Under the pieces are notes generated by a model. It was not told where the DNA came from. It ran no database searches and saw only the letters and a program-made list of their open reading frames with translations. From Mobula hypostoma (taxonomy: Eukaryota), in contig NC_086097.1 in assembly GCF_963921235.1 (NCBI RefSeq), forward strand, positions 235,478,001-235,542,000: 64,000 bases of DNA, read 5' to 3'. The position numbers and the translations under genes are program-made. Positions 48,998 to 61,783 of this stretch are shown here, one piece after another (position 1 is the stretch's first letter; each line of letters opens with the position of its first letter).

Positions 48998-49369
48998 TAT
49001 TGGTTGTGTTGTGAATAATGTAGAAGACTGGTAAAGAATGCAACATAACCTAGATCAGTTTCAGATATAGGAAGAGAAATGGCAGATGGAGTTTAACCCA
49101 GTCAAATGTGACATGTTGTACCTTGGTAGGTCAAATATAAAGAGACAGTACACTGCTGAGGGGAAAGACCCTTAACAGTGTTGATGAGCGGAGGGATCGT
49201 GGAGTCCCAGTTCACAGCTCCCTGAAATTGACTACACAGGTTAAGAAGGCTTGCCTTTATTAGTCAAGACATTGAGTTCAAAAGTCAAGATGTTGTAAAT
49301 TTATAAAACTCTACTCAGGCTGCATCTGAAGTGTTGCAAACAGTTTTGGTCACCCCATTATAGGAATGA

Positions 49370-49722
49370 TCCTTCCCATCCATCCAGCAATCTCTTCAAC
49401 TCTCTACCAGCAGGTAGGAGGTACCATAGCACTAGGACAAGGACTGCTAGAATGGGAAATAGCTTCTTCACTCATGCCATAAGACTACTGAACTCCCAGC
49501 CACCACCCAGGTCGCATCACATGTGAAGCTCGCAGTAGCATTATATTGTTTACATTTTAATTATGGTTGTAAATTCACCTTAATATTTGTTAACTTATTT
49601 GTGGTGTTATTACTTTGCATGTTATGCGTGAGTCATACGTACTGTGTTCAGAGGGACACTGTTTTGTTTGGCAGTATAGACATATACAATTAAATTACAA
49701 TAAACCTGAATTTGAACTTGAC
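49370..49722 (+). mobile_element. Rex1/Babar-like 3' end
   Basis: HPSSNLFNSLPAGRRYHSTRTRTARMGNSFF; AATAAA and (TGAACT) tail. Confidence 0.75.
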
Positions 49723-50584
49723 AAATCTGCATTTGTAAAAATAAAATAGAAAATTTAGGAAACAGATTCCCAGCATCTGCAATATTGTGCTCTTGCATGC
49801 ACTTGCAGAATCATTTTAACATCGTTGTCCTGTTAAAAGCTGATGACCTGGTTTCACGTATCCATAATCTTTTAGTAGCTACCCAGCAAGGAATTGAATA
49901 ACATCCCACTAATATTCTATTGTATATCAACTTAAATTAATTCCTGAGATAATCTTCTGAAACTATTGCTCAATGTAAGGCAGTAAAGTCAAAATTGGAT
50001 CATAGCAGTGTGAGAATTAAGGCCATTTAATTTTATTGGTTCACATACAGCATTAAATTCAAACTACTGCCTATAGATTATAAAATTTGGGTTTTCAAAT
50101 TCAAAACCAAAATTGACTTTTAATTATATTCCCCATTTTTTACTGGAGTCCATCATTTTTATCCTGGCTTTTTACATCAGCAATAAAACTGAGGGAAAAT
50201 CCATAATAATCTCAGTCTTTTTAAATTATTTAGAAGAGGCATGATGCAACAAAGGAATATAATTCATGTTAATGCATGATTGGTTCAATTTTATGAATTC
50301 ATATTTATTTTAGAGTCTTCAAAAGCAAAGGGAACTTAACTTAAGGCAAAATGGACAATGTGTTACATATTATTCCTCCCCATTTTCTGAGCAGAGTCAT
50401 AAATGTACAGTTATACTCTGAGATTAACAGTTGCCAGGTCTTAAATGGAATTGCCAACTTGGAAACTTACCTGTAGATGGTATGTTATAAGTACATTTAC
50501 CACTACCAGTATGAAATTTTCAATTTCTTCCATGTTATAAATTCCTCAACCTCTGCTGTGATGCCCACATTTCTTGATAATGGA

Positions 50585-50757
50585 GTGGATGTGGAGGCCA
50601 AGTCATTGGGTATATTTAAAGCAGAGGTTGATAGATTCTTGATTAGTCAGGGCATCAAGGGATATGGGAAGAAGGCAAGAGAATGGGCATGATAGGGAAG
50701 ATGGATCAGCCAAATGGCTTAATTCTGCTCCTCTCTCTTACGGTCTTATGGTCTTAT
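50585..50757 (+). mobile_element. CR1 3' end
   Basis: VEAKSLGIFKAEVDRFLISQGIKGYG; (TCTTATGG) tail. Confidence 0.85.
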
Positions 50758-51019
50758 AATGACCAGGGCAGCCTATAGAAATGAAATAATCTGAAAAGAG
50801 AATTATATAGAGTTCACTGTCCCAATCAACTTGGTTTAACTTGTGGCACGTAAACTCCTTATCACCTCTCTTCATCCTATCAAATCAATATATCCTGTTA
50901 TTTCTTTCTCATGTAGTTAGATTCCACCTCTAAGGAATTATGTTATTTGCTTTGAATTCTCATTGTGGTAACAAGTTATACATGCTGAGTCCTGTTGAAG
51001 AGTCATTAAGTTGCGTATT

Positions 51020-51150
51020 GCACTCTGATGAAGGGTCTCGGCCCGAAATATCAACTGTTTATTCACCTTCATGCTGTCTGACCTGCTGAATTCCTCCAGC
51101 ATCTTGTTTGTGTTACTCTGAATTTCCAGAGTCCTCAGAATCCCTTTTAT
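51020..51150 (+). mobile_element. PLE terminal fragment with intact hammerhead core but lost stem I
   Basis: CTGATGA-A-GGGTCTCGGCCC-GAAA-TATC-AACTG. Confidence 0.75.
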
Positions 51151-51309
51151 TTGTGCTTTTGTACATTGTAAGTGCTACCTGGTTAAAGCTAGTTCATAAG
51201 TTCCATGCTGAATACCATGGAAGATTTCATCATATTCTTCCTTGATATATGACAGTATATTACTTTAAGATATGAAATTACGAGACTTATAAGCTCATTT
51301 TGGACTGAA

Positions 51310-52295
51310 GGTCTGAGACTGGAATGGAGGACATGAGATACAGGAAGAGATTTGATAGGCTGGGACTGTTTTCCTTGTGTAATAGCTTCTCTGTAATGTT
51401 AACTGCTGAGATAATGATTTCTCTGTAGCAGAAATGTTTGGGTTATAAATAGAGATAACGGGACTTTGGAATTCAGTGGCTAACGAATGGGAGAAATGTT
51501 ATTCTTTCTTGTGTGTTTGGGAGGGGGGTTTTCGCAGGCTTTCGTCGAGGAGTGAGGAAGAGGAAGGATGCGTGTGGAGAGCGCTAGTACACCACCAGAC
51601 AGCGTATACTGGGATCTGAGGGTCCGAGGGTCGGCGACATTTGACGGAGATCGATGGTGGAGGAATGCCTGCTGAGTGAGCTCCAACTGAAACTGTGACT
51701 TTAATTTGTGCCCTTTTTTTTTGTTTATTGTCATACTAACCCTATATTCATATTAAGATTCATAAAGTCTATCTGATATTTTGCATTGTGGGCTTGTAAT
51801 TGGGATACATTACACAGCATCCACACAAACGTGAATATCCAGTTTGGCGGGGCCGAAAGCTGGTTCCCCTAGACAAACCTGAGGGTTACACTTGGATTGA
51901 AGGAGGCTAAGAGATGGCAAAGAGGTTTATACAATTATGATGGGGATTGATTGATTGAGTAATCACAATCTTTTTCGCAGGTAGAGAAGTCAGAAGTTAG
52001 GAAACGTAGGTTTACAGTTAGAGGGGAAAGATTTAAAGGGGATCTGAGAAGCAGGTTTTTCACATGGGACTGGTGGATGTATTAAATGAGCTGCCAGCAG
52101 AGCTGCTATAGGAAGGTACAATTGCAGCATTTAAAAGTTATTAGGACAGATACAGTTACAACATTTAAAAATACATTGGGACAGTGACATAGACAGAGAA
52201 GATAAAGAAGAATATGGGCAAATTCAGGCAAATGGGATTAGCACAGAAGGGGATCTTGGTCAGTATGGATGAATTGACTCATATGGCCTGCTTTC
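51310..52295 (+). mobile_element. Old CR1 3' fragment split by a solo LTR
   Basis: RLGLFSL|LTR|...TTTTTCACATGG...TTTAAAAG. Confidence 0.75.
51378..51890 (+). mobile_element. Solo LTR, 513 bp
   Basis: TGTAA...TTACA termini; exact 4-bp TSD CTTG (51374-51377, 51891-51894); TATAAATA near 51445; ATTAA near 51752. Confidence 0.85.
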
Positions 52296-52339
52296 ATGCC
52301 ATCTGGTTGGAGTAGAAGACTGTTATTATGACTGTTATT

Positions 52340-53275
52340 ATGGCAGGATGTCTATGACCAGTGATGTTCCTCAACGATCTGTGCTGGGACCTCTGTTGTT
52401 TTATCAATGGTTTGGATGAAAATGTAGATGGATGAATTCCCAGGTTTGTGGATGACATTAAGATTGGTGAAGTTGTGGATAGTGCAAAGGACTCTTCATA
52501 GAGTGGGATATACATCAGTTATAGACATGGGCAGAGAAGTGGCAGATGGAGATTAATCCAAAAAGGTGTGAGGTGTTGCACTTTGGGTGGTCAAATTAAA
52601 CTAGAAAGTGTACAGTTAATGGTAGGTCATGTAATAGCATTGAGGTACAGAGGGGATCTTCGGGTACTAGTCAATAGCTCCTTTAAAGTGGCTGCACAGT
52701 TTGACAAGATTGTAAAGAAGTTATGTTTGCCTTTATTGGCAGGGGTGTCAAGCTAAAGTGAGGAAATCATGCTGCAGCAATATAAAACCTCAATCAGACC
52801 ACATCTGGAGTATTACGTGCAGCTGTGGTTGTACCATTATAGGATGTATTTAAAGACTGTGGAAAGTGTGCAGAAAAGCCTTACCAGGATATGCCTGGGT
52901 TGGAGCACATGAACTATGAAGGAAGTTTGGACAACCTTCGATTGTTTTCCTTAGGAGCTGAAGGGAGAGCTGACGAAGTTTTTTTTTAAATTATGAAGAA
53001 TATAGTTTGGGTAGACAGTTAGAATAATTCCCCAGAGTAGAAATGTCAAGCACCAGAGGACATGCTTTTAAGGTCAGGAGGTTAGGAGGTTGCTGAGGGG
53101 GTGGGGTGGGGGGAGTATGAAGTTTAAAGGCAACTTGAGGAGCAAGTTTTTTTTTAATCGTGTGTTTGATGTCTGGAATGGATTACCAGGGGTAGTAGTG
53201 GAAGCAAGCAGATACTTCTTGATGACGCATAAATATAAAGGCAGTGAAGGGATGTGGATGGTACACAGCAGGAAC
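52340..53275 (+). mobile_element. Decayed CR1 RT-to-3' fragment
   Basis: VPQRSVLGPLL, FVDD, WAEKWQME, RPHLEY. Confidence 0.85.
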
Positions 53276-53484
53276 TGGAATTGGAATAAGTTTATTATTG
53301 TCACATGTACCAAGATACAGTGAAAAGCTTGTTTTGTACAATGTTCATGCAGATCATATCGAACACAGTGCATTGAGGTAGAACAAGGTGAAATAGTAAC
53401 AATGTAAAATAAAGTGTATCAGCTACACAGAAAGTGCAGTGCAGGTAAATAGTAAGGTGCAAATTCATAGTGAGGTATGTTGTT

Positions 53485-53762
53485 GGGATGGCATGAGAGC
53501 ATAATTGTTAGCACAACGCTTTACAATATAAGCAACCTGGGTTCAATTCCTCTAGCGGCCTATAAGGAGTTTGTATGTTCTCCTGTGTGGGTTTCCTCCG
53601 GGTGCTCTGGTTTCCTCACACAGTCCAAAGACGTACTGGTTGGGAGGTTAATTGGTCATTGTAACTTGTCCCATGATTAGGCTAGAATTAAATTGGGGGA
53701 TTGCCGGACGGAGTAGCTCATAGGGCCCGTTCCGCGTTATCTCAATAAAATAAAATATAAAA
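53485..53762 (+). mobile_element. tRNA-derived V-domain SINE (HE1-like)
   Basis: GGGTTCAATTCC B box; GTGTGGGTTTCCTCCGGGTGCTCTGGTTTCCTCACACAGTCCAAAGAC V-domain; A-rich tail. Confidence 0.85.
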
Positions 53763-53865
53763 TGGTGAGGTCAAGAGTCCATCTTGATACCAATTTTTAT
53801 AAATGGTAAATGGTTACTAGGAAACCATTTAACATTTGTAAAAATTGGCGTTAAGATCAACACAA

Positions 53866-54435
53866 CAAAGTTCAAGTTCAAAGTTCAAAGTAAATTGATT
53901 ATCAAAGTACATATATGTCACCACATACAACCCAGATACTCAGTAAATCCAGGAAACATAATAAAATCAATGAAAGCCTGCACCCAATAGGACAGACAAA
54001 CAACTGATGTGTAAAAGACAACAAACGATGCAAATGCCAAAAATAATAAGAATAAATATCAAGAACATATGATGAAGAGTCCGTTAAAGTGATTCGTAGA
54101 TTGTGGGAACAGTTCAATGAAAGATTGAGTGAATTGTCCCACTGGTCCAAGAGCCTGATGATTCAGGGGTAATAATTTTTCCTGAACCTGGTGGTGCATT
54201 TCGTACCTTCTTCCTAATGGCAGCAATGATAAGAGAGCATCGCCTGGGTGGTGGGGTTCCTTGATAATGGATGCTGTTTTCCTGCAGCAATGCTCTGTGT
54301 AGATGTGCTCAGTGTGGGGGGGGGGCGGGGGGTGCCTTACCAGTGATGAACAGGGCCATATCCACTAATTTTTGTAGGATCTTATGTTCAAGGGCATTGG
54401 TGTTTCAATACCGGGCTATATTGCGAACAGTCAAC
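53866..54435 (-). mobile_element. Rex1/Babar-like 3' fragment
   Basis: IIKEPHHPGDALLSLLPLGR; (TTGAAC) tail. Confidence 0.8.
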
Positions 54436-55169
54436 AACGTGGGCTGAATGGCCTATCCAGTACTATACTGTTCTATGTGCTTAGTTCTCTGTGTAACTAT
54501 AAATCGACAGGTCTTCCAAAGCATTGTTTCAATGAACAATGAGCAAAGTGACTAGTTACTTCCCTGAAACTTTCATAGAGTCATTAAGACATATGGCACA
54601 GAAACCAGCCCATTGGCTTGCCATGTCAATGCTATCAGAAATCCAGCAATAGTCTAGCAATATCCAATCATTTACTCTCTATAATTATGAAAGCAATATT
54701 TGAATCAATTTAAAATACAACTATTTTTGTGTGCCTAATTGCACTACACTGTAAAATCAATCCATGATATGCCTAACGCTCCATAATTATATAGTTAGAC
54801 AACTTATTAAATCTGGAGAGGCTTGCTTTCTCTTAATAATCTCCAAATGTTGATGAATAAACTCTCAATTCTGAGGCATGTGATCATTATGATTCCTTAT
54901 GTGTTGCAAACAAGATCAGCCAATCACGGGGCAATTGTAATAAAAAATCATCGTCGTTTAAGCTCGGAAGCTTTTTAATTAATGTAAGCACTTACATTTT
55001 GTTAATGCAGCTGTGCAGTGTGAAATTGAAGGAGAGGATGTCTAAATACCATAATAATGATTATGTTGTCCAACTCTTCTGGACTTTATCGAGATATTTT
55101 TTTGCTAATCTGCATAATGGCTTAGTGATCTTTGGTTCAAGAAATATGGTGCACAACCCCGAACCCAAT

Positions 55170-55360
55170 TTAATGCCAGCCTAATCACAGGACAGGTTAC
55201 AGTGAACAATTAACCTGCCAACAGGTACACCTTTTGACTAGAGGAGGAAACCAATGAGATCAAAGGGAAAACATACAAACTCCTTACAGACAGCAGTGGG
55301 AATTGAACCTGGATCGCTGGTACTATAAAGCATTGTTCTAAGCACTACGCTACTATGCTG
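55170..55360 (-). mobile_element. V-domain SINE fragment
   Basis: Minus strand AGGTTCAATTCCCACTGCTGTCTGTAAGGAGTTTGTATG. Confidence 0.7.
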
Positions 55361-55415
55361 CAGAATAATGATATGGTTTAAATCGACAGAGCCATGCAAC
55401 AAGTAAATTACTGCA

Positions 55416-55670
55416 AGATAGAGAGGGCAAAAGAGGGCGAGAGAGAGAGAGAGAGAAGGACAGACAGACAGCAACACAGAGACAGAGAGAGAAGGACAGA
55501 CAGAGACAAGGAGACAAAGAGAAAGCGAGAGTGAGAGAGAGGCAGAGAGACAGACAGCGACACAGACAGAGACAGAGTGAAATGGAGTGAGAGAGAAGCA
55601 GACAGAGATACGGAGAAGGAGAGAGCACTCTAGGGAGAGAGAGAGAAAATGAAAGAGAAAAAGAGAGAGC
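55416..55670. repeat. (GA)/(GACA)-rich low-complexity tract
   Basis: Direct inspection. Confidence 0.9.
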
Positions 55671-56439
55671 GGTTAAGACAGTCAATGCAAAGGAAAAAGA
55701 GTTTTTTCTCATTCTGCCCAGAAAAATATAAATTGAGATCAAGGACTTTCATGGAGCCCCAGTTGAAACTAATGCATCAGATGGGTGAGCAGAAACCAGA
55801 AACTTTGTTATTATACACTCAGTAAGTTCCTATTGGCCTCATGGGTTCTGCTGTTCTTGCAGAACCAAGCCACTGCAAATGTAAGATGAGTGAGGTTCAC
55901 TGGTGAAGCTTTGTCTTCTTAGGTCTATTCTAACAGATTACCTTTTCCTTCTGAAAATCCAGGCACAGTAAGTTGCCTGAAATAACTAAATTTGATTGAT
56001 GGCTGGTCAGTGGACATTCATCTTCCTGATCCTTTGTCACTTGCAACTGAGCGGTTTCATATTGATGGAGTGCTGTTCGGGAATGCCGTCAACTGGGTGT
56101 ACAGGAGCTTGGATGAGCACATGGGTCCATCAGTAATGCTTTGCACACTGGGGGTTGCTTTACTGCACAGCAGACTGTTACCAAGATTCAGGTGGAGCAT
56201 GATGAAGGTGCTCTCCCTCAGTTACTTATCTGATGCATCTATGAGCTTCCACTCAATCAGTTTTGCATCTGTGCTTGGCAGTTATTTGGAAGAAGCTAAA
56301 GGCACTGGCACTTTCTACAGTGGTTGGGTTCATGGTCGTCTGTTTTCCTGGCTGTGCTATTGACATTTTCCACAGGTTAGCCTTCAGCAGATGGCATCAG
56401 TCACTGCCTCCCATGGGAAAAGAAACCGTTAAGGTAATT

Positions 56440-56742
56440 AATGCACACAAAATGCTGGAGCAACTCGGCAGGCCAGGAAGCATCTACGGAAGACAGTAAA
56501 CAGCCAGCATTACAGGCTGAGACCCTTCATCGGGACTGGTACAAAAGATGAGAAGTCATAGCAAGATGGTGGGGGGAGGGGAGGAAGGAGTACAAGATGG
56601 TAGGTGACAGGTGAAATCAGGAGAGGAGGAGGGGGGTGAAGTAAAGAGCTGGGAAATTGATTGGTGAAAGAGATAAAGGGCTGGAGAAGGGGGAATCTGA
56701 TAGTAGAGTGTAAAAGTCCATAAAGAAAGGGAAGAAGGAGTA
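56440..56742 (-). mobile_element. PLE terminal fragment, decayed hammerhead
   Basis: Minus strand CCAGTCCCGATGAAGGGTCTCAGCCTGTAATGC. Confidence 0.7.
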
Positions 56743-56869
56743 CCGCTAATTCCAATGTAATTAGGTTGCTGCTAACGTAATTTCTCTATAACACTTACAA
56801 ACTCCTTACAGACAGCTCTCTGCTTGAGAGCAAGCACATTTGGTGAAAACCACACAAAGTAGACAACCA

Positions 56870-57270
56870 GTGCCTTCTTGCCAAGGCAGCTATGGTTAAA
56901 ACAAGGGGGTGTAGGTTTTCGGTGATTGGATGAAGGTACAGGGGGATGACAGAGATAGGTTTTCTACACAGAGAGTGGTGGGTCAATGAAACGTGCTGGC
57001 AGAGGTGGTGATAGAGGCAGATATATAAGGGACATTTAAGAGACTCTTAGGCACAAGGATGAAAGAAAAATGGTTATGAGGGGCAGAGCACAAGAGATCC
57101 TTGTGTTACTGTGAGAATACAGCCTCAGAATAGAGAGGTATCCCTTTAGAACAAAGATGAAGAGGAATTTCTTTAGCCAGAAAGTGGTGAATCTGTGGAA
57201 TTCATCTGTGTAGGCCAAGTCTTTATGTATATTTAAGGCAGACATTGATAGATTCCTGATTCGTCAGGGA
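56870..57270 (+). mobile_element. Two CR1 3' fragments
   Basis: TTTCTACACAGAGAGTGGTG; TTTAGCCAGAAAGTGGTGAATCTGTGGAATTC. Confidence 0.75.
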
Positions 57271-57272
57271 AT

Positions 57273-57783
57273 GTCATAGTCATAGTCATAGTCATACTTT
57301 ATTGATCCCGGGGGAAATTGGTTTTCGTTACAGTTGCACCATAAATAATTAAATAGTAATAAAACCACAAATAGTTAAATAGTAATATGTAAATTATGCC
57401 AGGAAATAAGTCCAGGACCAGCCTATTGGCTCAGGGTGTCTGACCCTCTAAGGGAGGAGTTGTAAAGTTTGATGGCCACAGGCAGGAATGACTTCCTATG
57501 ATGCTCAGTGTTGCATCTCGGTGGAATGAGTCTCTGGCTGAATGTATTCCTGTGCCCAACCAGTACATTATGTAGTGGATGGGAGACATTGTCCAAGATG
57601 GCATGCAAATTGGACAGCATTCTCTTTTCAGACACCACCATCAGAGAGTCCAGTTCCATCCCCACAACATCACTGGCCTTACGAATGGGTTTATTGATTC
57701 TGTTGGTGTCTGCTACCCCAGCACACAACAGCAAACATGATCGCATTGGCCACCACAGACTCTTAGAACATCCTCAGCATCAT
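57273..57783 (-). mobile_element. Rex1/Babar 3' fragment, close sibling of 46195-47005
   Basis: RKASDVVGMELDSL...KSFLPVAIKLYNSS; (ATGACT)n tail. Confidence 0.9.
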
Positions 57784-57789
57784 CAGCAT

Positions 57790-58265
57790 GGACGTCAACA
57801 TTTTGGGTTGTGACTGGAAGAAAGGGATAAGAAGCCAGAATAAGATTGATGGGGGGAGGGAAAGGAGTACAAGATGGCAGGTGATAGGTGAGATCAGGTG
57901 TGGAGGAAAGAGAATGGGCGTGTGAGACGGGATGAAGTAAGAAGCTGGGAAGTGATGGGTGGAAGAGGTAAAGGACTGAAGAAGAAAAAATCTAATAGCA
58001 GAAGAAAATCGTCCAGAGGGAGGAAATGGGCAGGTAAGGAGAAGAGAAGGGGTGAGAGAAAAGCCATAATGGGGAATGGATAAAGAGAGAAGGGGGAGTA
58101 AGGTGTATAACTTCTGTTGTACACCAATATTGGAGAAACAGGCATTACTTATGGGGAATGCAAAAAAAATTGAGACAGAGAAGGCCAGAAATTACTAGAT
58201 GTTAATTATTCAAGCCATCAAATTGAGGCGACCCAGATGGAATATGAAGTTTTGTTCCTTCAAAC
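57790..58265 (-). mobile_element. PLE 3' remnant
   Basis: Minus strand EQNFIFHLGRLNLM (GIY-YIG C-terminus), then a pyrimidine tract. Confidence 0.65.
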
Positions 58266-58369
58266 GGAGGAAATGGATCTTGGAAGAGGTTAAAAAATCA
58301 GCACAACATTGTGGACCGAAAGGATTGTATTGTACTGTACTATGTGTTCTATTTCTATGTTCTAAATCA

Positions 58370-58897
58370 CTGCAAAATAAAAGATGTGCTGGCGTTGGAG
58401 AGGGTTCAGAGGAGGTTCACAGGGATGAATCTTCGAATGAAAATGTTAACATACAAGGAAGGTTTGATAGATCTGGCTCCGTACTCGCTGGAATTTAGAA
58501 GAGTGAGGGGGAATCTCATTGAAACCTTTTGGATGTTGAAGAGTCTAGACAGAGCAGATATGGAAAGGATTTTTCCCATAGTGGTGGACTTTAGGACAAG
58601 AGCAACAGCCTCAAGATAGAGGGATATGCATTTAAAATAGAGATGTGGAGAAATTTCTTTGGCCAAAGGGTGGTGAATTTGTGGAATTTATTACCACAGG
58701 CAGCGGTGGAAGCCGGGTCATTGGGTGTACTTAAAGCAGAACTCGATAAGTTCTTGATTAGACACTGCATCAAAGGTTATGGAGAGAACACTAGGGAGTG
58801 GGCAGAGGAGGGAAAAAAGGATCAGCCATAATTGAATGGTGGAGCAGACTCGATGGGCCAAATGGCCTAATTCTAGTCCTATGCCTTATGGTTTTAT
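58370..58897 (+). mobile_element. CR1 3' fragment
   Basis: KDVLALERVQRRFTGM...RNFFGQRVVNLWN. Confidence 0.9.
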
Positions 58898-59424
58898 AGC
58901 AACTTCACACACTTAATGCACCTGACACCTGGAACTTCCACCATACTGCGAGTGTCTTCTACAATAAAGACTGATGCAAAATACTTAGTGCAGTTCATTT
59001 GCTGATTGTCTTAAAGTGGTATTTGTGAATCTTTCAATCAGATCACCAACATCCTCATCAGAAAGAAGGAGCTTAGGATCAGTTATAATTTCATGTTTGT
59101 TTTCATGGACATCTACACTCAGTATAAATATCATGAAAGTGAGCTTTCTTGCCAGCATCAGCACAGTATATTACAAATATGAGAAATAAAAATTAACATA
59201 AATTACATAAAACTTACGTGACAAGATACACAAAAATAAACATATTATTAGTGCAACTTGAGGGAAATATAATCCAAGGTAGAATTAGGATTCTGTGCAT
59301 TGGTGCCCCTATACCAGGCACTGATGCAACCAGTCAGAATGCATTCCGCTCTACATCTGTAGAAATTTGTTAAGCATCTTTGGTCACAGACTGAATCTCC
59401 TAAAACTCCTAATGAAGTAGAACC

Positions 59425-59774
59425 TGTCACAATGGTCACTGGCAGGACTGGACCCAGGTGTGGATGAACAGCAGACTCCACATGAAGAGATAGAAACCGA
59501 AGGTTATCAACAGAGCACTGGAGGCACAACCAAGCAACACCACAAGAAAAAACATTCTCCACAAACCCACAAGGACTCCACCACATCACTAAACAAGAGC
59601 CCCCTTTCAATAGTCATAGCATGCAGGGAGCCCAAGCCAGTCACAATGAACTTAACCAGATTAAACAGAAAACACAAGGGCTTAATGACTGTTATTAAGC
59701 CATTAATTAGTAAATACAAGTGCTAGAGAAATCTAGATGCCCAATGCGCTATGGCGAGCCACAAACTTATGACA
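59425..59774. mobile_element. Probable solo LTR (350 bp) in a Rex-like fragment
   Basis: TGTCA...TGACA termini; AGAAC on both sides (left copy offset by one C); Rex sequence resumes at 59775. Confidence 0.55.
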
Positions 59775-59919
59775 AGAACTGTTATGCCTTCTTTGTTTTG
59801 CATCGATGGGTTGGGCACAGGGTGGATCCTCCAAGATGTTGCACTCAGAAACTTCCCACTACCTTAGAGGTTGCAGTGTGTAAGCGCCTACAAACTGCAC
59901 TGCAGTTACTTTCCCAGAC

Positions 59920-60555
59920 TATAGATTTCCAACATTGTATTTCATTTGCCACTTTCCTGCCCATTCTCCCAATCTGTCTAAAGAGAAGGTTCTTGGGAAA
60001 CTGAAAGGTCTGAAGTTACCTGGACCAGATGGTGTAAACCCGAGAGTTCTGAAAGAGGTGGCTGAAGATATCGTAGAGGCATTATTAATGATCTTTCAAG
60101 AATCACTTGATTTTGGAATGTTTCCGGAAGACTGGAAAATTGCAAATGTCATTCCACTCTTCAAGAGGTGAGAGAGGCAGAAGAAAGGAAACTATAGGCC
60201 AGTTAGTCTGACCTCAGTAGTTGGGAAGATGTTGGAGTCAATTATTAAGGATACGGTCTCAGGGTACTTGGAGGAGCATAATAAGATGGGCCATGGTCGA
60301 CATGGTTTCCTCAGGGGAAAATCTTGTCTGGCAAATCTGTTAAAATGCTTTGAAGAAGTAACAAGCAAGATAGACAAAGGAGAATTGGTTGATGTTGTGT
60401 ACTTGGATTTTCAGAAGGCCTTTGATAAGGTGCCACACATGAGGCTGTTTGATAAGGTATGAGCCCACTGTATTACAGGAAAGATTCTAGCATTGGTAAA
60501 GCATTGGCTAATTGGTAAGAAGCAATGAGTGGGGATAAAGGAAGTCTTTCCTGCT
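59920..60555 (+). mobile_element. CR1 internal RT fragment preceded by a short antisense CR1 piece (59920-59981)
   Basis: EKVLGKLKGLK.PGPDG...DFQKAFDKVPH; antisense LDRLGEWAGKWQMKYN. Confidence 0.85.
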
Positions 60556-61289
60556 TCAGTAAATTTATCAAATTATGTACATGTCACCATATATTACCTT
60601 GAGATTCATTTTCTTGCAGGCATACATAGTTGAACAAAGAAATAAAAAGAAATCTCAAGTACAAAACTATTTGCTGCTAGCTGCTTGCAAGATGTTGCCT
60701 CTCTCTGGCATTATCATAAATTATGCTGCAAACTCACTTATGCAAAGTGCAATTTCCAAATGTACACCTTTCCCAATATGCTTAAAAAAAGTGTAATCAG
60801 GGAAAAGCTGCGTACTTGAATGTCAACTGTTTGTCTATCACTTAATGCATATCCATCATTGTAATGGATGAAAGGAGGGCTAATCCTGGAACAACGCAAA
60901 AAAACAAAGATAAGTATAAAGTGAATAAATGCAAACACAATATATTATCATCTTCATGTATTGGCATTTTCTCCAAGATAAATGTTTTAACCACGGCTGA
61001 AAAATTATTAAAGTAATTGTCAAAAGAGTCATATCCAATGTATCTTTGCAGTTATGTTTACTTACTGATCATTCATCAACTTCCCATCTACTTTCCAGAT
61101 CTTTTACAAAGTGCCTGTGTGGTTTCATTAAATTTGTAATGAGGGCAATTGGAATTCAACATGGATGCTGACAGTACATTGAACCAATATTTCTCTTGAT
61201 CCTTTCAATTCTTTAAACATTCATTCTATCATATTCTTACCTTTGTCTGAAACCATATCAAATGTTCTTTTGGTGACTTGGAATATAGC

Positions 61290-61600
61290 ACGTAGAACAT
61301 AATGGCACACTACAGGCCCTTTGGCCTATGATGTTATGTCGATCTTTTAATCATCAATCTAACCTCCCCTCTTGCATAACCTTCTTCCAACCATGAGCCT
61401 AACTAAGATTGTCTTAAATGTCCCTAATGTATCTGCATCTACTACCACCACCCTGGCAGTGCATTCACACATCTACTACTCTCTGGGTAAAATTATTACC
61501 TCTCACAACCCCTCAATACTTTTCTGCAATCATCTTAACTTTATACCCTCTTGTAGTAACTATTTCTGCGCTAGGAGTTGGCTGTCAATACTATCTGAGA
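61290..61600 (-). mobile_element. Old CR1 3' fragment
   Basis: Minus strand ACCCAGAGAGTAGTAGATGTGTGAATGCACTGCCAGGG...ACATTTAAGAC. Confidence 0.7.
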
Positions 61601-61711
61601 TTCACATCATGGTTGATGTTTAAGAGAACTCTGGACCACTTTTCTATGTCCTCATTTAGACAGTACTTCTTCTGGCTGCCACAGGAAAGTATCACCAGAG
61701 ACCTCCTAAAC

Positions 61712-61783
61712 CAGGGATTCTCAACCTTTTTTATGCCATGGACCCGTGCCATTAACTGAGAGGTCGATGATTGGGAGCCCCTA
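61712..61783. mobile_element. Tiny hAT (Charlie-like) MITE
   Basis: CAGGGATTCTCAAC / ATTGGGAGCCCCTA imperfect TIRs; flanks TCCTAAAC / CCCTAACC. Confidence 0.5.

Larger units (their letters stand above)
44418..49370 (+). mobile_element. Old near-full-length CR1 (zinc-finger/coiled-coil/SGNH ORF1 and decayed ORF2) with three nested insertions
   Basis: VECSSC...CPQLQLL; VIGDLIVRGTDR, VHIDTND; YFNARSI; KSPGPDGIYP; RT remnants to 49370. Confidence 0.85.

Noticed and set aside
50465..50473. Minus-strand splice donor CAG|GTAAGT (also GAG|GTAAGT near 63446-63454)
   Set aside because: No convincing acceptor or coding exon upstream; such motifs are expected by chance in 64 kb.
55353..55742. 129-aa Leu/Ser/Cys-rich ORF
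   Set aside because: Translation of the (GA)/(GACA) low-complexity tract.
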